From Escherichia phage vB_EcoM-101112UKE3-1: DNA of 64,000 nucleotides. A program made the position numbers and the translations under genes. The notes under the pieces are model-generated. The model searched no databases and was not told where the DNA came from. It saw only the letters and a program-made list of their open reading frames with translations. Position 1 is the first letter of the stretch. The number at the start of each line of letters is the position of its first letter. Of the stretch, positions 9,010 through 18,476 are shown piece by piece. The stretch is from the sequence record MZ234013.1; one strand, given 5' to 3'.

Positions 9010-10823
9010 CAATTGAAAAAGAAATTGAAGGATTGATTCATAAAACTAATAAAGACCTTTTAAACGAGAATGCTAATAAAGATTCTCGTGTTTTTCCAAC
9101 TCAACGGGACCTTATGGCTGGTATTGTGTCTAAACACATTGCCAAAAATATGGTCCCGTCTTTTATTATGAAAGCGCATGAAAGCGGAATTATTCATTTT
9201 CATGATATTGATTATTCCCCTGCTCTTCCATTTACTAATTGCTGTTTAGTAGATTTAAAAGGAATGCTTGAGAACGGATTTAAGCTTGGTAATGCGCAGA
9301 TTGAAACTCCTAAATCAATTGGCGTTGCTACTGCAATTATGGCACAAATTACTGCGCAAGTTGCTTCCCATCAATATGGCGGAACGACTTTTGCTAATGT
9401 AGATAAAGTACTTTCTCCTTATGTTAAACGCACCTATGCAAAACATATTGAGGATGCAGAAAAATGGCAAATCGCTGATGCGTTAAATTATGCTCAATCT
9501 AAAACAGAAAAAGATGTATACGATGCATTCCAAGCTTATGAATATGAAGTAAATACTCTCTTTAGTTCAAACGGACAGACTCCTTTTGTAACAATTACAT
9601 TTGGTACGGGAACTGACTGGACTGAACGAATGATTCAGAAAGCAATTCTGAAAAATCGTATTAAAGGTCTCGGTCGTGATGGGATAACTCCTATTTTCCC
9701 TAAGCTTGTTATGTTCGTTGAAGAAGGTGTTAATCTTTATAAAGACGATCCGAACTATGATATTAAGCAGCTTGCTCTAGAGTGTGCAAGCAAAAGGATG
9801 TATCCTGATATTATTTCAGCTAAGAACAATAAAGCTATCACCGGCTCATCTATTCCTGTTTCTCCAATGGGTTGCCGCAGTTTCTTGAGCGCGTGGAAAG
9901 ATTCAACCGGTAATGAAATTCTTGATGGACGTAATAATCTTGGTGTTGTAACACTGAATCTTCCTCGTATTGCGTTGGATTCTTATATTGGAACACAGTT
10001 CAATGAACAGAAATTTACTGAATTGTTCAATGAGCGAATGGATTTATGTTTTGAAGCTTTGATGTGTAGAATTAGTTCCTTAAAAGGAGTTAAAGCGACT
10101 GTTGCTCCTATTCTTTACCAAGAAGGTGCATTCGGGGTTCGTCTTAAGCCTGATGACGACATAATTGAGTTATTTAAAAACGGTAGAAGTTCAGTGTCTT
10201 TAGGATACATTGGTATTCATGAATTGAATATTCTTGTCGGTCGTGATATTGGACAAGAAATTTTAACTAAAATGAATGTTCGTCTTAAACAGTGGGCTGA
10301 AAGAACTGGGTTTGCTTTTAGTTTGTATTCGACTCCTGCTGAAAACCTTTGTTATCGCTTCTGTAAACTTGATACAGAAAAATATGGAAGTGTAAAAGAT
10401 GTTACCGATAAAGGATGGTACACTAACAGTTTCCATGTTTCAGTAGAAGAAAATATTACTCCGTTTGAAAAGATTTCTCGCGAAGCCCCATATCATTTCA
10501 TTGCGACAGGTGGTCACATTTCTTATGTTGAACTTCCTGATATGAAAAATAACTTGAAAGGTCTTGAGGCCGTATGGGATTATGCTGCACAACATTTAGA
10601 TTATTTTGGTGTTAATATGCCAGTGGATAAATGTTTTACATGCGGAAGTACCCATGAAATGACTCCTACTGAAAACGGATTTGTTTGTTCTATTTGTGGA
10701 GAAACTGATCCTAAAAAGATGAATACAATAAGAAGAACATGTGGTTATTTGGGAAATCCGAACGAACGCGGATTTAATCTCGGCAAAAATAAAGAAATCA
10801 TGCATAGGGTTAAGCACCAATGA
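9006..10823 (+). CDS. nrdD: anaerobic ribonucleotide reductase large subunit
   Basis: 605 aa; C-terminal glycyl-radical motif RRTCGYLG and Cys-rich zinc site; uninterrupted (no intron). Confidence 0.95.
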   Translation: MTIEKEIEGLIHKTNKDLLNENANKDSRVFPTQRDLMAGIVSKHIAKNMVPSFIMKAHESGIIHFHDIDYSPALPFTNCCLVDLKGMLENGFKLGNAQIETPKSIGVATAIMAQITAQVASHQYGGTTFANVDKVLSPYVKRTYAKHIEDAEKWQIADALNYAQSKTEKDVYDAFQAYEYEVNTLFSSNGQTPFVTITFGTGTDWTERMIQKAILKNRIKGLGRDGITPIFPKLVMFVEEGVNLYKDDPNYDIKQLALECASKRMYPDIISAKNNKAITGSSIPVSPMGCRSFLSAWKDSTGNEILDGRNNLGVVTLNLPRIALDSYIGTQFNEQKFTELFNERMDLCFEALMCRISSLKGVKATVAPILYQEGAFGVRLKPDDDIIELFKNGRSSVSLGYIGIHELNILVGRDIGQEILTKMNVRLKQWAERTGFAFSLYSTPAENLCYRFCKLDTEKYGSVKDVTDKGWYTNSFHVSVEENITPFEKISREAPYHFIATGGHISYVELPDMKNNLKGLEAVWDYAAQHLDYFGVNMPVDKCFTCGSTHEMTPTENGFVCSICGETDPKKMNTIRRTCGYLGNPNERGFNLGKNKEIMHRVKHQ

Positions 10824-11290
10824 ATTATGATAGATTTTATCCTTGCGATTTTGTTAATGGTCCTGGCTGCAGGACCGTTCTTTTCGTTACAGGTTGTTTG
10901 CATAAATGTGAAGGGTGTTATAATAAATCAACATGGAATGCTAGAAATGGTATTCCATTCACTGGTGAAACACTAGAACAATTAATTGAATGTTTGAATA
11001 ATGATTATATAGAAGGATTAACTATAACTGGAGGAGACCCTCTCTATCCTGATAATCGAGATGTTATTCATTGCATTGTTCAAACAGTAAAAAATCTTTA
11101 TCCAAATAAAAGCATTTGGTTGTGGACAGGATATAAGTTTGAAGATATTAAACAACTAGAAATGCTTAAATATGTTGATGTTATTATTGATGGGAAGTAT
11201 GAGAAAAATCTTCCGACCAAAAAGCTGTGGAGAGGATCAGATAATCAGCGGCTTTGGTCAAATACCGATGGGGTGTGGACACATGATTAA
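10820..11290 (+). CDS. nrdG: anaerobic RNR activating enzyme (radical SAM)
   Basis: 156 aa; CxxxCxxC cluster motif CLHKCEGC; ATGA overlap with nrdD. Confidence 0.9.
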   Translation: MNYDRFYPCDFVNGPGCRTVLFVTGCLHKCEGCYNKSTWNARNGIPFTGETLEQLIECLNNDYIEGLTITGGDPLYPDNRDVIHCIVQTVKNLYPNKSIWLWTGYKFEDIKQLEMLKYVDVIIDGKYEKNLPTKKLWRGSDNQRLWSNTDGVWTHD

Positions 11291-11405
11291 ATTGAATTAC
11301 ATTATGGATACTATAAATGATATGATTTTTCATTTTGGTCCAGAATTTTATTCGCAGTATAGTTTAGTGCTTATCAATGCTTGGTTAATTAATTAAGGGT
11401 AAAAT

Positions 11406-11621
11406 ATGTATAAATTTCGTAAAGGTTTAGCTGATTTTCTTACAACTGTAACATTCTTTCTGTTTATGGCAGTTGGAGCTATTTTCCTTATTCCTTTTAT
11501 TGCTATATTTTTCGTGATTAGTTTGATTTCTCCAGAAAAGGGCTTATCTTCTAGTGAGTTCAATGAGCGTCTGGATAAAATTACTAACAAGCTGAATTCT
11601 GTTCTTGATAAAAAGGCTTAA
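11406..11621 (+). CDS. small membrane protein (71 aa)
   Basis: ORF track; long hydrophobic segment FLFMAVGAIFLIPFIAIFFVISLI. Confidence 0.4.
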   Translation: MYKFRKGLADFLTTVTFFLFMAVGAIFLIPFIAIFFVISLISPEKGLSSSEFNERLDKITNKLNSVLDKKA

Positions 11622-11623
11622 TT

Positions 11624-11935
11624 ATGATTAGTTTTGAGCGGTATGTGGTAGAGAGTTGGAAGGGTTTTGACATGTTCGGTAATGACTATTATTTTTACGA
11701 ATGTAGTCTAAATCCTAGTTTTTGGGCTGGACGTGAACGAGATCTCGAAGAAATTAATGCTCGTGCCGAATTGTTAGGTGAACTGCCTACGGTTTATTTT
11801 ACCTTTGATGCATCTGGATTTGTTATCCAGGTTTATTTTCCTGAAGAAAACTCTGACGAGGATTCTGTTAATCCTCCTTATTGGGCTTACCAAGGAATTA
11901 TTTCTCGTGGAACAAAACTCGAACTTAAAGAATAA
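11624..11935 (+). CDS. hypothetical protein (103 aa)
   Basis: ORF track; co-directional, tightly packed. Confidence 0.4.
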   Translation: MISFERYVVESWKGFDMFGNDYYFYECSLNPSFWAGRERDLEEINARAELLGELPTVYFTFDASGFVIQVYFPEENSDEDSVNPPYWAYQGIISRGTKLELKE

Positions 11936-11936
11936 G

Positions 11937-12230
11937 ATTGAAGTCTATGGAATTCCAGATGAAGTAGGTCGTTGTCCTGGATGTCAATCAGTTACAAAAC
12001 TTCTAAAGGAGCTCAATGCTCCTTTTACTTTCTATAAAGTTCTTACAAATAACGGTAAGATTGAGTATGATCGTCCACTGATTGTATCTCTTGCTAAACG
12101 CGCTGGATTCACATCTCTTAACATTCGTTATCCAGTCATTTTCATTAATGATTCTAGACAAAAGAACATTAAACACTTCAAAGAAACTCTCATTTCACTT
12201 GGATATGATAGAGATATCATAGAAGACTAA
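11937..12230 (+). CDS. nrdH: glutaredoxin-like protein (NrdH-like), start uncertain
   Basis: CPGC redox motif in EVYGIPDEVGRCPGCQ; only in-frame ATG (11778) lies inside upstream ORF and gives Leu-rich junk, so start may be non-canonical near 11937. Confidence 0.5.
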   Translation: MEVYGIPDEVGRCPGCQSVTKLLKELNAPFTFYKVLTNNGKIEYDRPLIVSLAKRAGFTSLNIRYPVIFINDSRQKNIKHFKETLISLGYDRDIIED

Positions 12231-12233
12231 GAC

Positions 12234-12255
12234 GGGCCCTCTGGGTCCTTCTTTC
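12234..12255 (+). terminator. stem-loop plus U-rich tract after nrdH-like gene
   Basis: GGGCCC-TCT-GGGTCC (one G-U pair) followed by TTCTTTC. Confidence 0.45.
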
Positions 12256-12327
12256 TCACATTCTGTATATTACCATTCTAAGCTATCGTTCCCTTCTTAT
12301 CATTCCCTAAAATAATTTCACAAAGTT

Positions 12328-12357
12328 GTTTACAACAAGTTCAAACCGTGGTATTAT
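12328..12357 (+). promoter_or_regulatory. T4 early-type promoter
   Basis: GTTTAC 12328-12333, CGTGG, TATTAT 12352-12357. Confidence 0.6.
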
Positions 12358-12387
12358 TAACATATGAATTGCCTTTGAGGAATTGAT

Positions 12388-12570
12388 ATGGTTATGATTG
12401 ATAAAGAAATTAAAAAGGGACAGTATTATCTTATTAATGGTAATGCTGTTCGCGTTACTTACGTAAATGGTTATGATGTTTATTATCTTATACTTAAGTT
12501 ACATAAACACATGATTTGCGATCGTGCTGCATTTAGTTCAGTTGCTAAGGAAATTAAACTCCATGGGTAA
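12388..12570 (+). CDS. hypothetical protein (60 aa)
   Basis: ORF track; first ORF after promoter. Confidence 0.4.
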   Translation: MVMIDKEIKKGQYYLINGNAVRVTYVNGYDVYYLILKLHKHMICDRAAFSSVAKEIKLHG

Positions 12571-12856
12571 AACGTATCGTCGTAAAGACTTGAAAGTTCG
12601 TGATTATGACTATTTCGGAAAGCGTAAAGCTCCTGATGGTGTAAGTCATAAAGATATGGTTGAAAACATTTTTCGCTCAGATAAATGGCGTAGAATGAAA
12701 GGTATTGATTCAGAAGTTAAAGATGAGTTAAATCGTCAATTACGCGGTGAAGTAAGAAAGTTGAAAAAATCAGTTTACATTGACGATGATTTTGATTATA
12801 ATACTTCTCAACGAGTTGCTAAACGTAAATCAAACGAGTGTTATCGTTATAGCTGA
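12563..12856 (+). CDS. hypothetical basic protein (97 aa)
   Basis: ATG 12563 overlapping upstream stop; track ORF 12524 trimmed. Confidence 0.4.
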   Translation: MGKTYRRKDLKVRDYDYFGKRKAPDGVSHKDMVENIFRSDKWRRMKGIDSEVKDELNRQLRGEVRKLKKSVYIDDDFDYNTSQRVAKRKSNECYRYS

Positions 12857-12863
12857 GGAAAAT

Positions 12864-12995
12864 ATGAATATCAAACGAATGCTTTTTAAGCAGGGGTTAT
12901 ATACTTTAAATGTTACTCCAAAAGGCGATACAACTAAGTGGTCAGTAAATGACTGGATTAAATTTATTGATGAAAATGGCAATTGGGAAATTTAA
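12864..12995 (+). CDS. hypothetical small protein (43 aa)
   Basis: ATG 12864 preceded by TGAGGAAAAT junction. Confidence 0.35.
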   Translation: MNIKRMLFKQGLYTLNVTPKGDTTKWSVNDWIKFIDENGNWEI

Positions 12996-13196
12996 ATGAA
13001 TCCTGAATCTAAATTATCGCAGCGAATTGCTGAAGAACGCGCCAAATTTTTCCAGAACATGAAACACAATGGTATTGAGGATGAAGTTTTTCTAAATTGG
13101 TTCTGGAATAATAAGTATGCAGCATGTGAAGGAGCTTTGTCATTGTCAGTCGCAATGATGTACGAAGGCTGGAAGGGTGCCAAAAAGTTTAGCTAA
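12996..13196 (+). CDS. hypothetical protein (66 aa)
   Basis: ORF track; followed by terminator hairpin. Confidence 0.4.
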   Translation: MNPESKLSQRIAEERAKFFQNMKHNGIEDEVFLNWFWNNKYAACEGALSLSVAMMYEGWKGAKKFS

Positions 13197-13213
13197 GGGC
13201 TTCGGCCCTTTTT
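13195..13213 (+). terminator. intrinsic terminator (GGGC-UUCG-GCCC hairpin plus U tract)
   Basis: AAGGGCTTCGGCCCTTTTT overlapping the stop codon. Confidence 0.7.
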
Positions 13214-13248
13214 GGATAATAAAATTTTAACGTAATTGAGGATAATGT

Positions 13249-13575
13249 ATGACTATTCAAATTAAAAACGTCATTAATTCTTACGCATATGATAAAGTAG
13301 TTTCTTTGCTAGAAAAAGGCGATATTGTAACTCCTCAAATTTTGGATAAATGGGAAAAAGAGCTTCATCAGACGATGAAACAGAATGATCAGAAGATTGG
13401 ACGCAATACTGTCCGTGAATTGTTGGTTCAATATATCTTGTCAGAATTTGATGTTAAAGCTTTTGGTGTAGAATCTAAAGCTTATCAAAAGCATGAAATT
13501 TCCGATAAAACTATTCGTCGCATGAAAAATCAACGCAAGAAAAAATTTGCAGACCTGAAAATTACTAAGGTATAA
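13249..13575 (+). CDS. hypothetical protein (108 aa)
   Basis: ORF track. Confidence 0.45.
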   Translation: MTIQIKNVINSYAYDKVVSLLEKGDIVTPQILDKWEKELHQTMKQNDQKIGRNTVRELLVQYILSEFDVKAFGVESKAYQKHEISDKTIRRMKNQRKKKFADLKITKV

Positions 13576-13577
13576 TT

Positions 13578-13793
13578 ATGAACGAAGCTCTTATTAACGA
13601 TTTACGTCTTGCTGGGTATGAAGTAAATACAAATGGCATTGGTTTAACTCAAATTGAAGGAAACGGATTCATCCTTGAGTATGAATTTAGCCAATGGTGG
13701 TTATATGCTAATTATGGCGAATTGATTGAATATGTTGATCAATTTGATTCACTAGATGCAGCTCTTGAAGCGGCTAAGTTGATGAATGTATGA
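13578..13793 (+). CDS. hypothetical protein (71 aa)
   Basis: ORF track. Confidence 0.4.
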   Translation: MNEALINDLRLAGYEVNTNGIGLTQIEGNGFILEYEFSQWWLYANYGELIEYVDQFDSLDAALEAAKLMNV

Positions 13794-14059
13794 AATTTAT
13801 TAATATTTCTATTACTATTGAAAATTATGGCATTTTCTATGTTGACAAATACATGAAAATTTCATTTTTCCCAAATAAGACTGGTGTTGGATATTGGGAA
13901 AGCCATGTTTCTGAATTAAATGAAAGTGAATATGTTAGTACACATGAAAAGTTTTTAGACTTTTTATATCATGCTGATTTAACTAGTCATTACATAGATA
14001 TTCATGAATTTAAAAAGATGATGGAAAAAGTGTTCCAAACATACTGTTTACTTAGATAA
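13790..14059 (+). CDS. hypothetical protein (89 aa)
   Basis: ORF track; ATGA overlap. Confidence 0.4.
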   Translation: MKFINISITIENYGIFYVDKYMKISFFPNKTGVGYWESHVSELNESEYVSTHEKFLDFLYHADLTSHYIDIHEFKKMMEKVFQTYCLLR

Positions 14060-14137
14060 CTGATATCCTCTATGCTTTAAGATAGATTTTCAAATATTAT
14101 GATATAATAGATCTATGAATTGAGCTAAGAGGTGAAA

Positions 14138-14695
14138 ATGTCAGAAACTAAGCCTAAATATAATTACGTAAACAATAAAGAGCTTTTACAAGCTATTATT
14201 GATTGGAAAACAGAATTAGCAAATAATAAAGACCCAAATAAAGTAGTTCGTCAGAATGATACTATCGGATTAGCCATTATGCTTATTGCAGAAGGCTTAT
14301 CTAAACGTTTCAACTTTTCAGGATACACCCAGTCTTGGAAACAAGAAATGATTGCAGATGGTATAGAAGCTTCTATTAAGGGGCTTCACAATTTTGATGA
14401 AACGAAATATAAAAACCCGCATGCATATATAACTCAAGCTTGTTTTAATGCATTCGTCCAACGTATTAAAAAAGAACGTAAGGAAGTTGCAAAGAAATAC
14501 AGTTACTTCGTTCACAATGTCTATGACAGCCGTGACGACGATATGGTTGCGTTAGTAGATGAAACTTTTATTCAAGACATCTACGATAAAATGACGCATT
14601 ACGAAGAATCAACCTATAGAACACCGGGGGCTGAAAAGAAAAGTGTTGTAGACGATTCTCCTAGTTTGGATTTTTTATATGAGGCTAACGATTAA
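14138..14695 (+). CDS. 55: late-transcription sigma factor gp55
   Basis: 185 aa from ATG 14138 (GAGGTG upstream); sequence [18 protein letters not shown] matches recalled T4 gp55. Confidence 0.9.
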
Positions 14696-14897
14696 CCTCT
14701 CCGGATTCTTGGAAGAAATACCTGAAGTTGAAGCTATTCCCTATTTACTTAAAATGTATCTCAGGGAAGTTTTAGCTCTTGACATTGATATTGATCCAGA
14801 AAATCCGTATGATACCGCTTTTAAATCTAATGGTGTAGAATTAAATTACAGGTATCATTTAACAGATGATGATTTTTATTTTATATTAGAGAAATAA
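14679..14897 (+). CDS. hypothetical protein (72 aa)
   Basis: ORF track; overlaps 3' end of gene 55. Confidence 0.35.
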
Positions 14898-14898
14898 T

Positions 14899-15216
14899 AT
14901 GACTGATAAACCCGAAATTAATGATGAAGTGGAAAAGCTTATTTCTTCTATTGAAGAAAAGAACCGTCTTGAAGCAGAAAGAAAAGCAAATAAGTTATTG
15001 TCTAAAAACAAACGCGAACTGAATCGTCTTTATAAGCACGCTCAGATCGCAGCTGAAAACAATAATTTTGCTCAATACGAATATGCTATCAAGAAAAGTC
15101 GGGATATTCTGAAACAGCCATATAACGATGAACTCATCAGTATTCTTTGGAAGACTACTAGATCGCAGATTGAGGATATGATTGATGCTTACACACGTAA
15201 AATTCAAGCGTCTTAA
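14899..15216 (+). CDS. hypothetical protein (105 aa)
   Basis: ORF track. Confidence 0.45.
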   Translation: MTDKPEINDEVEKLISSIEEKNRLEAERKANKLLSKNKRELNRLYKHAQIAAENNNFAQYEYAIKKSRDILKQPYNDELISILWKTTRSQIEDMIDAYTRKIQAS

Positions 15217-15388
15217 AATTAATGCAGGATTTACTGAATCTTTGAATGGTCATCTTTGTGTGAAAATTTCTGAAAAAGAATACCATGATAGTTCAATTAA
15301 AGAAGTTAATCCTCCTATTGTAAGAGCAGACCCCAATATGAAAGTGTGGGTTGATTCTTATCAAGTCAAAAAATGGTGGCAGTTATGA
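15182..15388 (+). CDS. hypothetical protein (68 aa)
   Basis: ORF track; overlaps neighbours. Confidence 0.3.
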   Translation: MMLTHVKFKRLKINAGFTESLNGHLCVKISEKEYHDSSIKEVNPPIVRADPNMKVWVDSYQVKKWWQL

Positions 15389-15564
15389 AAGATGAACACC
15401 AGACTTCTGAAATAGATTATAATAAAATTCGTTCCTCTCAAGAGGAAATGATGAGACGCTTTAAAGAGTCTCATGATAAAGCTAAAGCAGAAGGAACTAT
15501 AAAATATAAGCGCATAAAATTTAAAAGTTCTAACGAGCCTCTGTATGGCGTATTATGTGGATAG
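15373..15564 (+). CDS. hypothetical protein (63 aa)
   Basis: ORF track. Confidence 0.35.
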   Translation: MVAVMKDEHQTSEIDYNKIRSSQEEMMRRFKESHDKAKAEGTIKYKRIKFKSSNEPLYGVLCG

Positions 15565-15578
15565 GAGCTTCGGCTCCT
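15563..15578 (+). other. RNA stem-loop with UUCG tetraloop (no U tract)
   Basis: AGGAGC-TTCG-GCTCCT. Confidence 0.4.
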
Positions 15579-15581
15579 ATA

Positions 15582-15606
15582 TTGCTTTATAAATTTTTGG
15601 TAAAAT
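15582..15606 (+). promoter_or_regulatory. candidate MotA-dependent middle promoter for alpha-gt
   Basis: MotA-box-like TTGCTTTA at 15582-15589, 11-bp gap, TAAAAT at 15601-15606. Confidence 0.35.
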
Positions 15607-15630
15607 AAACCAAAACAAAGAGGATATTAA

Positions 15631-16833
15631 ATGAAAGTATGTATTTTTATGGCTCGAGGTCTTGAAGGTTGTGGTGTAACAAAATTCTCACTCGAGCAAC
15701 GTGATTGGTTTATTAAAAATGGTCATGAAGTAACTTTGGTTTATGCTAAAGATAAATCATTTACTCGTAATTGCGCGCATGATTATAAATCATTTTCAAT
15801 TCCGGTTTTATTGGCAAAAGAATATGATAAAACACTTAAGCTGGTAAATGATTGTGATATTCTAATTATCAATTCAGTTCCTGCTACTTCGGTTGAAGAA
15901 GACACTATTAATAACTATAAAAAAATTATTGATAACATTAAACCTTCTGTTCGTGTTGTAGTTTATCAACATGACCATTCTTCTCTTTCTTTGCGTCGAA
16001 ATTTGGGATTAGAAGAAACTGTTCGTCGAGCTGATGTTATTTTTAGTCATTCTGATAATGGTGATTTTAATAAAGTTCTGATGAAAGAATGGTATCCAGA
16101 AACTGTTTCTCTGTTTGATGATATTGAAGAAGCACCGACAGTATATAACTTTCAGCCTCCTATGGATATTGCGAAGGTTCGGTCAACCTACTGGAAAGAT
16201 GTTTCTGAAATTAACATGAATATCAACCGTTGGATTGGTCGTACGACTACATGGAAAGGTTTTTATCAGATGTTTGATTTTCATGAAAAACATCTTAAAC
16301 CTGCAGGACTAAGTACTATTATGGAAGGTCTGGAACGTTCTCCAGCGTTCATTCCTATTAAAGAAAAGGGAATTCCATACGAGTATTATCGTCTTCATCA
16401 AGTAGACCAAATTAAAATTGCTCCTAATTTGCCAACGCAAATTCTTGACCGTTATGTAAATAGCGAAATGCTTGAACGCATGAGTAAATCCGGTTTTGGT
16501 TATCAGCTGAGTAAGTTGGACAAAAAATATCTACAACGTTCTTTAGAATATACTCATCTCGAGCTTGGTGCATGTGGAACAATTCCGGTATTTTGGAAAT
16601 CTACTGGCGAAAATTTAAAATTCCGTGTTGATAATACTCCTTTGACCTCGCATGATAGCGGTATCATTTGGTTTGATGAAAATGATATGGAATCAACGTT
16701 TGAACGTATTAAAGAACTGTCATCTGACCGAGCTCTTTATGACCGTGAGCGAGAAAAAGCATATGAATTTTTGTATCAGCATCAAGATTCAAGCTTCTGC
16801 TTTAAAGAACAGTTTGACATTATTACAAAATAA
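15631..16833 (+). CDS. a-gt: DNA alpha-glucosyltransferase
   Basis: 400 aa; size, position downstream of 55 and recalled T4 alpha-gt N-terminus. Confidence 0.85.
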   Translation: MKVCIFMARGLEGCGVTKFSLEQRDWFIKNGHEVTLVYAKDKSFTRNCAHDYKSFSIPVLLAKEYDKTLKLVNDCDILIINSVPATSVEEDTINNYKKIIDNIKPSVRVVVYQHDHSSLSLRRNLGLEETVRRADVIFSHSDNGDFNKVLMKEWYPETVSLFDDIEEAPTVYNFQPPMDIAKVRSTYWKDVSEINMNINRWIGRTTTWKGFYQMFDFHEKHLKPAGLSTIMEGLERSPAFIPIKEKGIPYEYYRLHQVDQIKIAPNLPTQILDRYVNSEMLERMSKSGFGYQLSKLDKKYLQRSLEYTHLELGACGTIPVFWKSTGENLKFRVDNTPLTSHDSGIIWFDENDMESTFERIKELSSDRALYDREREKAYEFLYQHQDSSFCFKEQFDIITK

Positions 16834-16850
16834 AGGGCTTCGGCCCTTTA
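16833..16850 (+). terminator. intrinsic terminator-like hairpin
   Basis: AAGGGC-TTCG-GCCCTT directly after alpha-gt stop. Confidence 0.6.
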
Positions 16851-16872
16851 GCTTTATACGGAGTTTGATATA

Positions 16873-17013
16873 ATGATATTTCTTGGATATGTGATACTTT
16901 TTCTTGCATTTTATCTATTCACTAGAGCATGCTGGATTGGTTTCTTTAGCACACCAGATGGGTTTATTTCAATAATTTTATTTTGCATTTCAATGACGGT
17001 TCTTGATATATGA
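16873..17013 (+). CDS. small membrane protein (46 aa)
   Basis: ATG 16873; hydrophobic; ATGA overlap with gene 47 start. Confidence 0.35.
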   Translation: MIFLGYVILFLAFYLFTRACWIGFFSTPDGFISIILFCISMTVLDI

Positions 17014-18029
17014 AAATTTTAAATTTAGGTGATTGGCATTTAGGCGTTAAAGCTGATGATGAGTGGGTTCAATCCATTCAGTTGGATGGAATTAAACAAG
17101 CAATAGAATATTCTAAGAAAAATGGAATTACTACCTGGATTCAATACGGCGATATTTTTGATGTGCGAAAAGCAATCACGCATAAAACTATGGAGTTTGC
17201 TCGTGAAATAGTTCAAATGCTTGATGATGCTGGTATTACCCTACATACTGTTGTAGGAAACCATGATATGCACTTTAAAAATACTTTAACTCCAAATGCC
17301 TCTACTGAGCTTTTGGCTAAATATCCTAATGTTAAAGTATATGATAAGCCTACTACAGTAGATTTTGACGGATGTTTAATTGATTTAATTCCTTGGATGT
17401 GTGAAGAAAATACTGGTGAAATTCTTGAACACATCAAAACTTCATCTGCTTCTTTTTGCGTTGGTCACTGGGAACTGAATGGATTTTATTTTTATAAAGG
17501 AATGAAATCTCATGGTCTTGAACCTGATTTCCTTAAGACTTATAAAGAGGTGTGGTCTGGTCACTTCCATACTATCTCTGAGGCTGCTAACGTCAGATAT
17601 ATTGGGACACCATGGACACTAACTGCAGGTGACGAGAATGACCCTCGCGGGTTCTGGATGTTTGATACAGAAACAGAACGAATGGAATTTATTCCAAACA
17701 ATACTACCTGGCATCGTAGAATTCATTATCCATTTAAAGGAAAAATTGACTATAAAGATTTTACAAATCTATCAGTACGTGTTATAGTAACTGAAGTAGA
17801 CAAAAATCTGACGAAGTTCGAATCTGAACTAGAAAAAGTTGTGCATTCATTACGAGTTGTGTCAAAAATTGATAACTCTGTCGAGTCAGATGAAAGTGAA
17901 GAAGTTGAAGTTCAATCTCTTCAGACGTTGATGGAAGAATACATTAATGCAATTCCAGACATCACTGATTCTGATCGCGAAGCACTTATTCAATATGCAA
18001 ACCAGCTATATGTAGAGGCAACACAATGA
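17010..18029 (+). CDS. 47: recombination nuclease subunit gp47 (Mre11-like)
   Basis: 339 aa; phosphoesterase motifs GDWHLG, GDIFD, GNHD. Confidence 0.95.
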   Translation: MKILNLGDWHLGVKADDEWVQSIQLDGIKQAIEYSKKNGITTWIQYGDIFDVRKAITHKTMEFAREIVQMLDDAGITLHTVVGNHDMHFKNTLTPNASTELLAKYPNVKVYDKPTTVDFDGCLIDLIPWMCEENTGEILEHIKTSSASFCVGHWELNGFYFYKGMKSHGLEPDFLKTYKEVWSGHFHTISEAANVRYIGTPWTLTAGDENDPRGFWMFDTETERMEFIPNNTTWHRRIHYPFKGKIDYKDFTNLSVRVIVTEVDKNLTKFESELEKVVHSLRVVSKIDNSVESDESEEVEVQSLQTLMEEYINAIPDITDSDREALIQYANQLYVEATQ

Positions 18030-18289
18030 CTTTTGATGAATTTAAAAATGTTATGATGAGTAAGCATTTTGAATGCGAAGTAAAAGATGATATTGGTCAT
18101 AAAGAAATTATTGAATATTGGTTTGAACCGTTAGAGGTTGAAGATAATTGTATTAAAAAGGTTACGGTCTGTACAGATTGGGCTGTATCTTTTAACTTCA
18201 ACATTTTAGATAATGACACACCTAAATCATTACGAGATATGGCTGTATCTTGTATTAAGGATGCATACTGTGAAGTTTTCGACATTTGA
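18026..18289 (+). CDS. hypothetical protein (87 aa)
   Basis: ORF track; ATGA overlap with gene 47. Confidence 0.4.
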   Translation: MTFDEFKNVMMSKHFECEVKDDIGHKEIIEYWFEPLEVEDNCIKKVTVCTDWAVSFNFNILDNDTPKSLRDMAVSCIKDAYCEVFDI

Positions 18290-18476
18290 CATTAATGATG
18301 AATTCATAGCAAATATTGATTACACCGAAGAAGATTCTAGATATGTTGGAATAATTTATATCACATCAAAAGCAGCACAAGGTGTTGTTTGCATGGCTGA
18401 ATTTGATGAATACTTTTTAGATTATGATGATATGATAGAATGGTCTAAAAGATACATTAAAAGGAATCTTTTGTGA
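18270..18476 (+). CDS. hypothetical protein (68 aa, GTG start) whose 5' end is duplicated in the next gene
   Basis: GTG 18270; N-terminus VKFSTFDINDEF mirrors VKNFKLDINDEF of the HNH ORF. Confidence 0.3.
   Translation: MKFSTFDINDEFIANIDYTEEDSRYVGIIYITSKAAQGVVCMAEFDEYFLDYDDMIEWSKRYIKRNLL
18286..18304. repeat. 19-bp exact direct repeat copy 1
   Basis: ttgacattaatgatgaatt; second copy at 18489-18507. Confidence 0.8.

Noticed and set aside
9006-10823. Group I intron with homing endonuclease in nrdD (as in T4)
   Set aside because: nrdD reads as one continuous 605-aa ORF through the glycyl-radical motif; no intron-sized interruption is present.
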